Shown piece by piece: positions 1-12,875 of a stretch of 64,000 bases of DNA. How positions within the stretch are numbered: position 1 is the stretch's first letter; each line of letters starts with the position of its first letter. A program made the translations under genes and the position numbers. The notes under the pieces were generated by a model, which had not been told where the DNA came from, did no database searches, and saw nothing but the letters and a program-made list of their open reading frames with translations. Source of the stretch: Squalus acanthias (Eukaryota); contig CM059432.1 of assembly GCA_030390025.1 (NCBI GenBank), positions 14,634,001 through 14,698,000 on the forward strand, read 5' to 3'.

Positions 1-1787
1 AGAAGGCTCTGGAGAGAGAGAGAGAAGGCAAAGTGCTGTTCTAGTTGCTATCTTGTATCTTTGTTTCCAGATATTATTAAATACACCCTGTTTTATATAC
101 ATAACTGTGTTCAGAACTTTATCTGGAAGAAGTTAAAGAAGGCGGGGGGTGGGGACGGGTGCAGATTTTCCTCTTCAGAGTCTGAGCTTGAGGGCAGAAC
201 CATTTATTGCAAAGCCAGGCACAGACTGCTCATGGTTTTCTGTCCATTATGTGTGGGATTTCACAGTATGAATACTTAATGTGCTTTTAAAAGATCCCTC
301 TCTCCACTATTTTAGAAGGTGTTAACCCATTAGTGTTCATATCACTCAGTAATATTTGAACTACAGTAACTTCAAAACGGTGAGTCTGACTTTGGCGTGA
401 AGTTGTCTATTTGGAAGATCAGGAGTTTTGAAATTGATGGGATCAGGAAAACTTGTAAATATGCAGAATGGTCACTCCATGTCTGCAAATTTCTGCTCTG
501 AATAGTAATACTGTCCAATCTACATAGCTGTTTTATGAGATACATTTCAAAATTCTCTGGCTCTTAAGTGCTTTGGGACATCGTGAGGATGTGAAAAATG
601 TGCTATGTAAATGCAAGTTCCTTCTTCAGACTTCTTGTTCACAATCTCATTTATTCCCATGTGTAACAATGGTTCAATGGTTCAATGCCACACTCTGCCC
701 ATTAGACCATATCCTTATTTCCATTTCACAATGCTATTCACATTATCATCTCTGTGTACATTTATCTCTTTGGCCTCCTGGTATAGTTGGAGTGAAATTG
801 GTCTTCACCAGTAGCGTGAAACGGGTTCCTAGTGAATTGGCAGATTGGAAAAGAAAATCGGGGGGGTGGTGAATATCGGGCTCCCAGTTTGGTATGAGCC
901 AGTTTCCTGGCATTGACCAATATCCACCCCCCGCCCCCCCCAGCCCACTGACTTATGTCGCCTTATCTCCTAAGTTAAAGTTTCCACTGTACACCCCAGA
1001 TCATTTATATATAAAGTAAATATGAACACAGCTGCCTTACTTAACTCATGTTTCTCTAATTGCTTAATACTTTTATCACATAATATAGACTCTAGAGCTG
1101 AGAGCTTCCACTCAGCCTTTATGTCAGCAGAAGCGTGCCCTGACTCCGGCTGATTTTGGTTTGTGGCCACATATAACTTTGGTGGTGATTCTGCTTTTGG
1201 AGGGCTTTGGGTGGGTGTGGAGGTTGGCTAGGGCAGGCCTTCAAAGCATGTGGTAGGAGCCCCATGTGCTGCAGTTGAAGATGAATTTAAAAAAAAATTT
1301 ATATTAAAAAAAATGCAAAAATATGACTTTGTAATTGATCACACTGCCATTCAAATTTTAAAGGGCCCTCTGTCACCCACAGCATCACTGGACACCAGGG
1401 GCAAGTAAATGTCCCTTGCGCCCCAGCGCAGGTCTGGTGCAAATGATGGAAAAAAATTTCTGAGTATCTTACTTTTATAGGAGTAGACTCACACTGCCCT
1501 AATTCTAATTGTATGACAGTGTAATCCACGTGGAACAATAGCATCCCTTTGTGATCTGGACCAAATTCCCGTCTTTTGTATAGTTATTTCTTCAATCTCT
1601 CTGTAAGTGGACTGAATTAACACTAGATGAGGTGATGCGTTGTTTGAATCATTAAGCTACTTTATTCCACAGTACAGGTGAATATACAGAGCAACAGTTA
1701 TGATCAGATTCACTTAGTTCAATCGGTAAAACGTACCTTTGTGTAATCATATAAAAACAATGAACACAGTAATTATATAAAAACAAT

Positions 1788-2491
1788 GGCCCAAAATTCA
1801 CGACCGGAGGCTTCCCACGGGGGGTGGCCTCCGACCTGTACGCATTTACCTGGCGGCCCGGGAGATACGGAGGCTTGCGATCCTGGGCCTCTCCGGGTAC
1901 CCGCTGGCAGAGGCCCGCTTATCCCAGGGGCGCATGCGGTTCACAAGCGCCCCTGGGATCACGTGGGCTGGCCCAACCAATAAAAGAAGGGAATCCCCAT
2001 TCATACTTATGGGAGTTCTGTACGTACAGAAATCCTATAAGTATGAATGGGGATCACTTGAAAAATACACAAACACATGAATTTTTTTTTAAATTACATA
2101 TTTAAAATTAATTAAAATGCCATTTAATTAAATATTTCAAACAAAAATTTAATTTTTTGAAAAAAATGTTATAGGTTTTAACAGGGCTAAAAATAAACTT
2201 ACCTTATTGGACAGGGTTTTTAATGTATAAATGAGTGATAAAATTTTATTTTTCTATTTTTTAAAACTCTTATGCTGGTAAAAGCAGGCCTGACACCTGC
2301 TTTTACCAGGCGTATGAATTTCATCGGCGTTCAGCGGGCGGAGGTTGGGCAAATAGCGCAACGCTCCACCCGCAGAGGCCCTTCTCCCGGGGATGCAGAG
2401 GATCGGTCAAGAAGATGCGTGACAGATCGCAAGTGCTGGGTTTTAGCGCGTGTGCTTCGTATGCACCGGTAGGGGTCGCAAAATACGGCCC
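1788..2491. mobile_element. MITE, PIF/Harbinger-type (family A)
   Basis: Imperfect 18-bp TIRs (GGCCCAAAATTCACGACC / GGTCGCAAAATACGGCCC), 3-bp TSD AAT, GC-rich arms with an AT-rich core; related to 46581-47346. Confidence 0.75.
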
Positions 2492-3199
2492 AATGAACAC
2501 AGTACACTTTAGTGGGTGGTCCTCCTTAACTTAAAGAGAATAGCTCCTCTGCACTCTGCCTTACAGCCCAGGGAAGAGCCTCCTCTCCCTGCAGTCTCCT
2601 GTCTTTTCCGCTTGCTTGCAGCACTATGCTACCTGGCTGCTTTTGCAGCTCTCTGTTTCTTTTCAAAAGTTTGTCTCCAGTGTAAAATGTTCACTCTCAC
2701 TTTAAAATCATAGTGTGTGTCAGTGCAGCTACTATCACTACAACGTTATATATCAATGATAAATAAATAGAAAAAGAATAATAAATACAATATTTTGAAA
2801 TATTTTCAATGCCACCGCAGCACTCGACGAATAAGGGTGATAGTGTACGAATAATTAAAAAAATGCTGTTGTAGAAATTAGACTTTATCACAATCTGTGT
2901 TCTAAAATTAGGTTGCTATTTTTTCTATAGATAAGGTACTAGCTGCAGACTGCGTAAGAATCTGCCACCCGAAGGATCCTTCACAGGGTTGTACCTGGAA
3001 TGGGGCTGCCTCTACCACAGAAAAATTAGATACTGGCTCCAATGTTCCTACAAAATGGCTTTTGGATGACTTAAGGGAACTCTGAATGGCAACATACAAT
3101 TACATAGAATGCACAGCACAGAAACAGGCCATTCAGTCCAACTGGCCCATGCCGGTGTTTATGCGCCACATGAGTCGCCTCCCACCACTCTTCCTCTAA

Positions 3200-6100
3200 C
3201 TCCAGGGACTTGAGCACATAAATCTAGGCTGACACTCCAGTGCAGTGCTGAGGGAGCGCCGCACTGTCATAGAGTCATAGAGTTATACAGCACAGAAAGA
3301 GGCCCTTCGGCCCATCGTGTCCACGCCGGCCATCAAGCCCTGTCTATTCTCATCCCATTTTCCAGCACTTGGTCCGTAGCCTTGTATGCTATGGCGTTTC
3401 AAGTGCTCATCTAAATGCTTCTTGAATGTTGTGAGGGTTCCTGCCTCTACCACCCTTTCAGGCAGTGAGTTCCAGATTCCAACCACCCTCTGGGTGAAAA
3501 TGTTTTTCCTCAAATCCCCTCTAAACCTCCTGCCCCTTACCTTGAAACTATGTCCCCTGGTTATTGGCCCCTCTACTAAGGGGAAAAGTCCATTTCTATC
3601 TACCCTATCTATGCCCCTCATAATTTTGTACACCTCAATCAGGTCCCCCCTCAGCCTTCTCTGCTCTAAGGAAAACAACCCCAGCTTGTTCAGTCTCTCT
3701 TCATAGCTGAAGCGCTCCAGCCCAGGTAACATCCTGGTGAATCTCCTCTACACCCTCTCCAATGCAATCACATCCTTCCAATAGTGTGACGACCAGAACT
3801 GCACACAGTATTCCAGCTGTGGCCTAACTAGCGTTTTGTACAGCTCCAACATAACCTCCCTGCTCTTATATTCTATGCCTCGGCTAATGAAGGCAAGTAT
3901 CCCATATGCCTTTTTAACCACCTTATCTACCTGTCCTGCTGCCTTCAGGGATCTATGTACATGCACACCAAGGTCCCTCTGATCCTCTGTCCTTCCTAGG
4001 ATCCTACCATTCATTGTGTATTCCCTTGCATTGTTAGTCCTCCCAAAATGCATCACCTCACACTTTTCAGGGTTAAATTCCATTTGTCACTGTTCTGCCC
4101 ATCTGACCAACCCGTCTATATCGTCCTGTAGCCTAAGGCTTCCCTCCTCGCTATTTACCACTCCACCAATTTTCGTGTCATCTGCGAACTTACTGATCAT
4201 ACCTCCTACATTCATATCTAAATCATTAATGTACACTACAAACAGCAAAGAACCCAGCACCGATCCCTGCGGTACACCACTGGACACAGGCTTCCAGTCA
4301 CAAAAACATCCTTCGACCATCACCCTCTGCCTCTTGCCACGAAGCCAATTTTGGATCCAATGTGCCAAATTGCCCTGGATCCCATGGGCTCTTACCTTCT
4401 TGACCAGTCTCCCATGCGGGACTTTGTCAAAAGCCTTACTGAAGTCCATGTAGACTACATCAACTGCACTACCCTCATCCACACACCTAGTCACCCCCTC
4501 AAAAAATTCAATCAAATTGGTTAGACATGATCTCCCCCTGACAAATCCATGATGACTATCCTTGATTAATCCTTGCCTCTCCAAGTGGAGACTAATTCTG
4601 TCCCTCAGAATTTTTTCCAATAATTTCCCTACCACTGATGTTAGGCTCACTGGCCTGTAATTCCCTGGTTTATCCCTACTACCCTTCTTGAATAATGGTA
4701 CTACGTTAGCTGTCCTCCAGGCCTCTGGCACCTCCCCTGTGGCCAGAGAGGTTCTGAAAATTTGTGTCAGAGCCCCTGCAATCTCCTCCCTTGCCTCACA
4801 CAACAGCCTGGGATACATCTCGCCTGGGCCTGGGGATTTATCCACTTTTAAGCCCGCTTAAACCGCTAGTACCTCCTCCCTCTCAATACTAATTTGTTCA
4901 AGTATATCACAATCCCCCTGCCTGATTTCTATGCCTACATCGTCCTTTTCCATAGTGAACACAGATGCAAAATATTCATTTAAAACCTCACCCACATCTT
5001 CCGGCTCTACACACAGATTGCCACTTTGGTCCCTAATGGGCCCTACTCTTTCCCTGGTTATCCTCTTGCCCTTAATATATTTATAAAACACCTTGGGATT
5101 TTCCTTTATTTTGCCCGCCAATGGTTTTTCATGCCCCCTCTTCGCTCTCCTAATTTCTTTTTTAAGTACCCCCTGCACGTTCTATACTCCTCTAGGGCTT
5201 CCACTGTTTTTAGTCCTTTGTATCTGCCAAAAGCCTCCCTTTTTTTCCTAATCCATTCTTGTATATCCCTTGAAATCCAGGGTTCCCTGGGCTTGTTGGT
5301 CCCACCCTTGACCTTTACGGGAACATGTTGGCATTGTACTCTATTTCCTTTCTGAAAGACTCCCACTGCTCTGATGTGGATTTTCCTACAAGTAGCTGAT
5401 CCCAATCCACTTTGGCCCAATCCTGCCTTATCATATTAAAATCGGCCTTCCCCCAATTTAGAACCTTTATTTCCAGTCCATCTTTGTCCTTTTCCATGAC
5501 TACCTTAAATCTCACCGAATTATGGTCACTGTCACCAAAATGCTCTCCTACTGACACTTCTACCACTTGCCCGGCTACATTCCCTAGAATTAGGTCCAGT
5601 ACTGCCCCCTCTCTTGTAGGACTTTCTACATGCTGGCTCAAAAAGCTCTCCGGGATGCACTTTAAGAATTCTGCACCCTCTAAGCCTTTCACACTCTGAC
5701 TATCCCAGTTAATATTGGGGAAGTTGAAATCCCCTACTATTATTACCCTATTATTTCTACACTTCTCTGAGATTTGCCTACATATCTGTTCCTCTATCTC
5801 CCCCTGACTGTTTGGGGGCCTATAGTACACTCCCAGCAAAGTGCTTGCCCCCTTTTTGTTTTTAAGTTCTACCCATATGGCCTCATTAGAGGAACCTGCT
5901 AAGATATCATCCCTCCTTACAGCAGTAATTGACTCCTTGATTAATATTGCGACACCCCCTCCTCTTTTACAGCTCCCTCTGTCTCACCTGAAGATTCTAT
6001 ACCCCGGAATATTGAGCTGCCAGTCCTGCTCCTCCCTCAACCATGTCTCTGTGATAGCAACAATATCATACTCCCATGTGTTCATCAACACCTTCAATTC

Positions 6101-7895
6101 ATCTGCCTTACTCGCAAGACTCCTTGCATTAAAATAAATGCCATCCAGCCTTGCCATACTCCCTTGTGCCATTACATATTTGCTCTGCCTTCCAGGCTGA
6201 CTTGATTTTTCCTCTATATTTGGCTGTGCATTACCCCCTACTATAGCTCCACTCCGTATCCCATCCCCCTGCCAAGTTAGTTTAAACCCCCCCCAACAGT
6301 ACTAGCAAACCTCCCCGCAAGGATGTTGGTCCCGTTCCGGTTCAGGTGCAACCCGTCCGACTTGTACAGGTCCCACCTTCCCCAGAAGCAGACCCAGTGA
6401 TCCAGGAAACTAAAGCCCTCCCTCCTGCTCCAACTCTTTAGCCACGCATTCATCTGCTCTATCCTCCTATTCCTATACTCACTAGCACGTGGCACCGGGA
6501 GTAATCCAGAGATTACAACCTTTGAGGTCCTGCTTTTTAATCTGCTACCTAGCTCCCTAAATTCTTGTTGCAGGATCTCATCCCTCTTTCTACCTATGTC
6601 GTTGGTATCAATGTGAACCACGGCCTCTGACTGTTCGCCCTCCCCCTTCCCAATGCCTTGCAGCCGTTCAGTGACATCTTTGACCCTGGCACCAGGGAGG
6701 CAACATACCATCCTGGAGTCACGTCTGCGGCCACAGAAACGTCTATCTGTTCCCCTTACGATAGAATCCCCTATCACTATTGCTCTCCCACTCTTTTTCC
6801 TCCCCTCCTGTGCAGCTGAGTCACTCGTAGTGCCATGGACTCGGCTCTTGCTGCATTCCCCTGAGAAACCATCTCCCCCAGCTGTGTCCAAAACGGAAAA
6901 TCTGTTGGAGAGGGAGATGGACGCATGGGACTCCTTTTATGCTGTCTGGCGGTCACCCATTCCCTGTCTGCCTGTGCACTCTTTACCTGCGGTGTGACCA
7001 CCTCGGTAAACATGTTATCCACGAAGATCACAGCTTCGCGGATGCTCCACAGTGACTCCAGCCGCAGCTCCAGCTCCGAAACGCGGATTTCGAGTAGCTG
7101 TAGCTGGAGACACTTCCTGCACATGTGTTCGCCCTGGACACCGAAAGTGTCCCTGACTTCCCACATAGCACAGGAGGGGCACTCCACGCTGCTGAGTTGC
7201 CCTGCCATGTCCTACCCTTCATTTATTTCCTTTACTTCCTTTAAATTAAAGAATATTAAATACACTAGGGACCTTACTTCCCTTTAAACACTACTTACTC
7301 TAAACTAGAGACCTTACTTTCACTTCAACGACTGGACTGAAGAAATAATCACCAGGTCCTACTTACCAATCAGCTCCTTCCCTGGTTGTGACATCACTTT
7401 AGCGGTTTCGCAGTTGTTGTTGTTTGACTGCTCCCGCTCTTGCACTCTACCCAACTCGCAGCACTCAGGTGTCGGGCCTCGTCTGCCGCACTCCTTTATG
7501 GCCGCTCTGCCTTCTCTCAGGTCCTGCTGCTGCTCCCACACAGGTCCGCCTCCTCCGGTGTCGGAGGTGCCGTCTTTTGGATGAGACATTATACCGAGGC
7601 CCCGTCTGCTCTCTCAGGTGGATGTAAAAGATCCCACGGCCACTATTTCGAAGAAAAGTAAGGGAGTTCTCCCCGGTGTCCTGGCCAATATTTATCCCTC
7701 AACCAACATAACAAAGACAGTTTATCTGGTCATTATCACATTGCTGTTTGTGGGAGCTTGCTGGGCGCAAATTGGCTGCCGCGTTTCCCACATTACAACA
7801 GTGACTACACTTCAAAAGTACTTCATTGGCTGTAAAGCGCTTTGAGATGTCCGGTGGTCGTGAAAGACGCTATATAAATGCAAGTCTTTATTTCT
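3200..7895 (+). mobile_element. DeuSINE (SacSINE1-like) split in two (3200-3268 and 7559-7895) by a CR1 insertion
   Basis: The halves rejoin as ...gcactgtc|ggaggtgccgtc..., matching intact copies at 26249 and 37197; Deu-like core and ...cgctatataaatgcaagt tail. Confidence 0.85.
3269..7558 (-). mobile_element. Near-full-length CR1 LINE (ORF1 zinc finger/leucine zipper + SGNH esterase; ORF2 APE + RT), disrupted
   Basis: ORF1 pieces 7208-6277 (CPSC..CRKC, heptad leucines, GDSIVRG, DGLHLN); ORF2 pieces 6172-3283 (YFNARS, VAITETW, YRPP, GDFN, GVPQGSVLG, KFADD); 3' tail (GACTCTAT)n; TGTC at both junctions. Confidence 0.95.
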
Positions 7896-8160
7896 GTCTT
7901 AACCCAATATTCTGGAGGAGTGTGATGATTTTGCACCATTGAATACGAAGGCAAGCTGTTGCTCCAACTGTGCACAGCTCCATTGTTTGCAAAGAGTCAA
8001 TGTCAGTGTATATCTTAGTGTTATCAGACAAAACGCTGACTTGGATTTTGTCAATGGCCTGATGAAGCAGATGTATACATTTCTCCAGCAGAGTCTGAAT
8101 AATGGTGGGAGTACAAAGAGCCATCTTATGTCGCTTTTGTACTCCTAAATCTATTGTTGC

Positions 8161-8790
8161 AGACAACAACAATGACAATTTGCATTTATATAGTGCCTTT
8201 AACATAATAAAAAGTCCCAAGGTGCTTCACAGGACAAACAAAATTTGACACAATGAGATATTAGGGCAGGTGACTAAAGTTTGTTCAAAGAGGTAGGTTT
8301 TAAGGAGTGTCTTAAAGGAGGAGAGAGAGGTAGAGAGGCGGAGAGGTTTAAGGAGGGAATTCCAGAGCTTAGGGCCCAGGTAGCTGAAGGCACGGCCGCC
8401 ATTGAAAGAGCTATTACATTTGGGGATGTGCAAGAGGCCAGAATTGGAGGAGCGCAGGGCTGGAGAAGGTTACTGAGATAGGAAAGGGCGAGGCCATGGA
8501 GGAATTTGCAAACAAGGATGAGAATTTTAAAATCGGTGCGTTGCCTGACTGGGAGCCAATGCAGGTCAGCGAGCACTGGGGTCATGGGTGAACGAGACTT
8601 GGTGCGAGTTAGGATACAGGCATCAGAGTTTGGATGAGCTCAAGTGGAAGATGGGAGGCCGGCCAGGAGAGCATTGGAATAGTCAAGCCTAGAAGTAACA
8701 AAGGCATTGATGAGAGTTTCAGCATCAAATTAGCTGAGGTGGGGGCGGAGTCGGGCGATGTTACAGAGGTGGAAGTAGACAGTCTTGATG
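8161..8790 (-). mobile_element. L2 LINE 3' fragment
   Basis: TPVLADLHWLPV..FKIL and RAFSYLGPKLWNSL motifs; tail ...ctatataaatgcaa..(TTG)n. Confidence 0.85.
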
Positions 8791-8944
8791 ATCGGGGATC
8801 TCCCCCTCCAGCTTATACCATGTACCTAGAGAGAGTTCTGCGCTTTAACCAATGACAGATGAAGAATATCCCTGCTGCTAAGATGCACATCATAGAAAGA
8901 GTTCAGTGGTTGGCATATCTTTGATAGACAACTTTTGAGCCCAC

Positions 8945-9225
8945 TTAATCAGAGCATCTGACCAGATAATCTGTTTTAGTGATGATGATTGAGAGATAAA
9001 TATATGCCAAGACACACATGAGAACGCCCCTGCTCTTTTTGAAATAGTGCCATGGGATCTTTTACATCCACCTGAGAGAGCAGACTGGGCTTCGGTTTAA
9101 TGTCTTATCAGAAAGACAGCTCCTCAGTACTGCACTGATGTGTCATCTTAGATTATCTGCTGAAGTCGCTGGAGTGGGACTTGAACACACAACCTTCTGA
9201 CTCAGAGGCGAGAGTGTTGCCACCA
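8945..9225 (-). mobile_element. Old DeuSINE copy
   Basis: Diverged reverse complement of the SINE head and core (ctcagtactgcact, gggatcttttacatccacctgagag, ttctgactcagaggcgagagtg). Confidence 0.7.
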
Positions 9226-10048
9226 AGCTTGAAGTGTTTGGCAATCATGAGCTATGGTCAGTGAATTATCTTTTTGATGCTTCATGACTTCTTTGCTTTA
9301 ACATGGACTAATGCTTATTGCAATCAACTTTCCTTTCTACCAACTGTTTTGCTACAGCAATCCAGTGTACTTCTTAGAAGTGTAGAAACGTTGTTTCGAC
9401 ATGCTGCCATTGTCCAAACCTTCCTGTGTCCTTCTATTAACATCTTTATATGCAATAATTGCTTGACGAGAATTAGCAATCGATTGGATAACACTTTGAT
9501 TTTGCTTTCCATTTTCCACACCAAATGTCTAAATGTCCAAAAATAACTCCAATACAACTAAAATCAAACTGTGTTTATATTATTTCTTAATTAAAAAAAA
9601 CACACACTGTACCATACATAAGAAAAGGTTTTGTAAGTTGCTGTACCTTGTAAATACGCTCCACTGACCACCTTCACTGTCCGGTTCAGGTTGTTTGGAC
9701 TCAGAGACTGGATGAAGGAGTGCCAGAACTGTACTTGCTGTTCACGGCAGAGATCCATTTTGTTTCTTTTTCACATGTACTGAACTGCCACCTGATTGGA
9801 AACATGCAAGTCTGAATACATTTAAGGAGGCAAGGTGGCTTTTGTTCCTGATCCTCTGAGCAAAGGTCGATAAAGTCAAGAAACTCTAAAAACTGGTTAA
9901 TTGCAAAACTACTGTAGTTAATGATTGCCTACTGCATATCAATCATGCACAATGCTTGTAATTTCTCTCAAGTATGTGGTTTTGGGCTGGTTCCAATGCT
10001 TTATTCAGACCACACAGTACTTTTGTTATCTTAGATGTATGTGAATTG

Positions 10049-10545
10049 TGTTAGAGTAAAAATTATAGGGCTTAAAGAATGTAATGTAAAAGGTAAATTC
10101 GTAAATACAGAATGGTTTCGCTGACACAGTGCGATGAGTAATGTCTGTGGTCAACATGCATATGTGCGAGGCCCACTAAGATAATAATAGTACAACGGTT
10201 ACACTTAAGAACCAATCACCGCATGACCAGCCGGTCCGACTAGACAGAGGTGACACAACATTCCGATGTTTATAGTTTCGGTAGGGAAGTAAAATTTTTT
10301 GCTTAAAGTGCAGTTTATAATTAGGAGTCTGTTGCTGGGGGAATGTGATTGGGTGAAGACATTTGTATGTAATGAATTGCGCATCTGACCCTATAATGTA
10401 TAAAAGAAGTTCCGATACCACTGTAAGGTCGAGAAGTGGATCACTAGACCGCGGGGTCTATGGCTCTTCTCCCAGTGCGCTCTGTTAAATAAACTGTGAC
10501 CTTCTGCTTTGAGACAGACTCGAGTGAATTCATTTTTCACCAACA
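10049..10545 (+). mobile_element. Solo LTR (ERV/Gypsy type), 497 bp
   Basis: TGTT...AACA ends, 4-bp TSD ATTG, CCAAT about 10212, TATAAAA 10399-10405, AATAAA 10488-10493. Confidence 0.8.
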
Positions 10546-10624
10546 ATTGGAACTGATGCTATATGCAATTTGAATGGGACTCATTTTTGCATCTTTGCCA
10601 CTTTGACTATGAAAACCTAGATAC

Positions 10625-11511
10625 TGTAGGATCGATTCCTCCCCCCCAACGGTAAAAATATTGGACTATGAAATATAAAAACCCAGAAGTGCACAGCCCA
10701 CAAAAAGAGCTGGGCAATAAAGGGTTAATTCAGACATTGCGGCCGAATTGCCATATGAAGGTTTTCTGTCTCGGGAAGATACAAGAACATTCGCATATTC
10801 ATGTACCTTAAGGGGTTACATTGTCCACCTTAGACCATGGCCCCCGAATAACCACTTTCAGTGCAGGCCTAGACAATGGGCTGGGCCTCGAACCTTTTGA
10901 ATACGAATGCTAACAGAAACCAACAACTTCGCACATGCAGTCACTTTGGGAGGGTTGCATTGTCAAAAAGATATCTCAAATCAATGGACAATACCAGGAA
11001 GAATTCATACATTTTGATATGGCCATCACATGCTCAGAGGGGGCCAGGAAATACTGAAGGTTGGTTTTGGTTTAAAGTAAGATCACTTCGAAGACAGCGT
11101 GGGTGGAAGCCGACAGCAGAACAGCGAACAGAAAGATTCGGGCCTACAATCAACTCCAGAGACAGCCGATCGGGAGTGGTGATTGTATGTTTCAGTCAAA
11201 TCAAACAGGGGGCTTTTGTGATTGAGTCTGAGTAACTTTATATGTAACAGTCAAATCGCGGACGGGTTTAACTGTGTCATATTGTGTCGATGCAAATGAC
11301 CCTTGCGTAGGGGTTTGTATTTTGGGGTTGTTAGCCTGATATAAATCATAGGGATTTATACTGGGGAAGTAATTGTGTGTGTGTGTGTTCAATAAACGAA
11401 CGAATCAAAGGTTGAGCCAAAACCCTGTGCCGTGTGTATTTTGTTCATATAAATCCTGACGTCCAAGAACTGTGTGTAACGGGGGACCAGTATCGGAGAA
11501 AACCCCTTACA
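10625..11511 (+). mobile_element. Solo LTR, 887 bp, different family
   Basis: TGTAGG...CCTTACA ends, near-perfect 4-bp TSD (ATAC/GTAC), AATAAA at 11391. Confidence 0.65.
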
Positions 11512-11599
11512 GTACTATGACAACTATTCACATTTACCAAGAACTAAATGTGTAATTAATGATTCAAAGTTCCTTAAGCACAGCTCATAAGTAAAACAA

Positions 11600-12095
11600 T
11601 TACTGAATGATAGTAAGGAGGGATATTAAAATTAGAGAAAGGGTACAGCAAAGATCCCATGGATTGAGAAGTTATAGTTATTAAGATAGGCTTGAAAGAT
11701 TGAGGCTTTGTCACTGGAATGGAAAAGAATAAGGAGGAATCAAGGTTTTCAAGCTTATGAAAGGCCTTGCGAAGGTAACTTATTATAGTTTCCATTGGTT
11801 GGTGAATCAGTAACAAAAGGACAGGCGCTCAGGATTATCACTAGAGGAACAAAGCAGGAAATTAGAATAATTATTTTTCACACAGGGGGCTATTATAACA
11901 TTACCACTAGTGACTATTGAGGCAGAGACTGTAACATCTTTCAGAAAGGGAATTGGACAGTATTTGAAAAGGAAGAATATACAAAGATATTGAGAAAAGG
12001 CAGGGAACTGGGATAAAAATAGATAGCTCCAGTTGAAGAGCTAGCACCAGCACAAGCACGGTGGGCTGAATGACTTCCTCCTATGCTAAAAGGTC
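11600..12095 (+). mobile_element. Ancient CR1 3' fragment
   Basis: Highly diverged CR1 3' end (tttttcacacagggggc, gggaattggacagtatttgaaaagg, gggctgaatgacttcctcctatgct). Confidence 0.55.
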
Positions 12096-12875
12096 TGTGA
12101 TTTTTGCATGTTGCTATGAAGAGAATCTTACCGTTTTCATACCAGCCACTTACCTTCAATGAACCTTTCACAATTACCAAGTAGTCTGAGCACCTGGACA
12201 CTGTCTCCAGCTCCTCTATTCCATCTTTCAGTTCTTCCATTAGTACCAAGTATTGCAACGAAGCATCTACATGATTGTGATTGTTGAATTTTTTTTACAG
12301 TATACGCTGATCATTGCCCTCAGTTCCCTTTCCATTTCTTATGCAGTTTAGCCTTAACCTATAACTTCATTAGATTAATAGCATTCAATGAATCATAATA
12401 TAAAATCTTTAACTATTCAATATACTAATGAGGTTAGTGTGGGGAATGGAACACTTACCATTCATTCACCCAGTGTCAACATCAGGCACTCATTGGTCAG
12501 ATATAGCATAGCTGGACTCAGTTTAAAGCTCCATCTACTCTGCCTCAACAACGTGCCTCAGTCCCAACCTCAGGGGAGCATTTCCTACTGCACCATTTTT
12601 CCACTTCTGACTACAGTGATCCTGAGGTCTATGAGTGGCATTGTCAATTGGTGGTGAGTTAGGGACTGTCTTGTGCTCCAGGCCAATGCCCAATAGAGAC
12701 TGGACTGAGACTGTCCAAAGTCATTTCACGCACAACCTTTACAGCCAGCAGGCAAAGAACTTTCACCCCATCAGCCTAGGCTGGATCTGAACCCACATCC
12801 GAGAGGTGAAATGGCCGTGTCCAATCTACTGTGCTATCCATTTTCCAGAGTTCTGAATCTAATGAAGGCTCAATA

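Noticed and set aside
3386..7287. Plus-strand ORFs overlapping the CR1
   Set aside because: Antisense shadows of LINE ORFs
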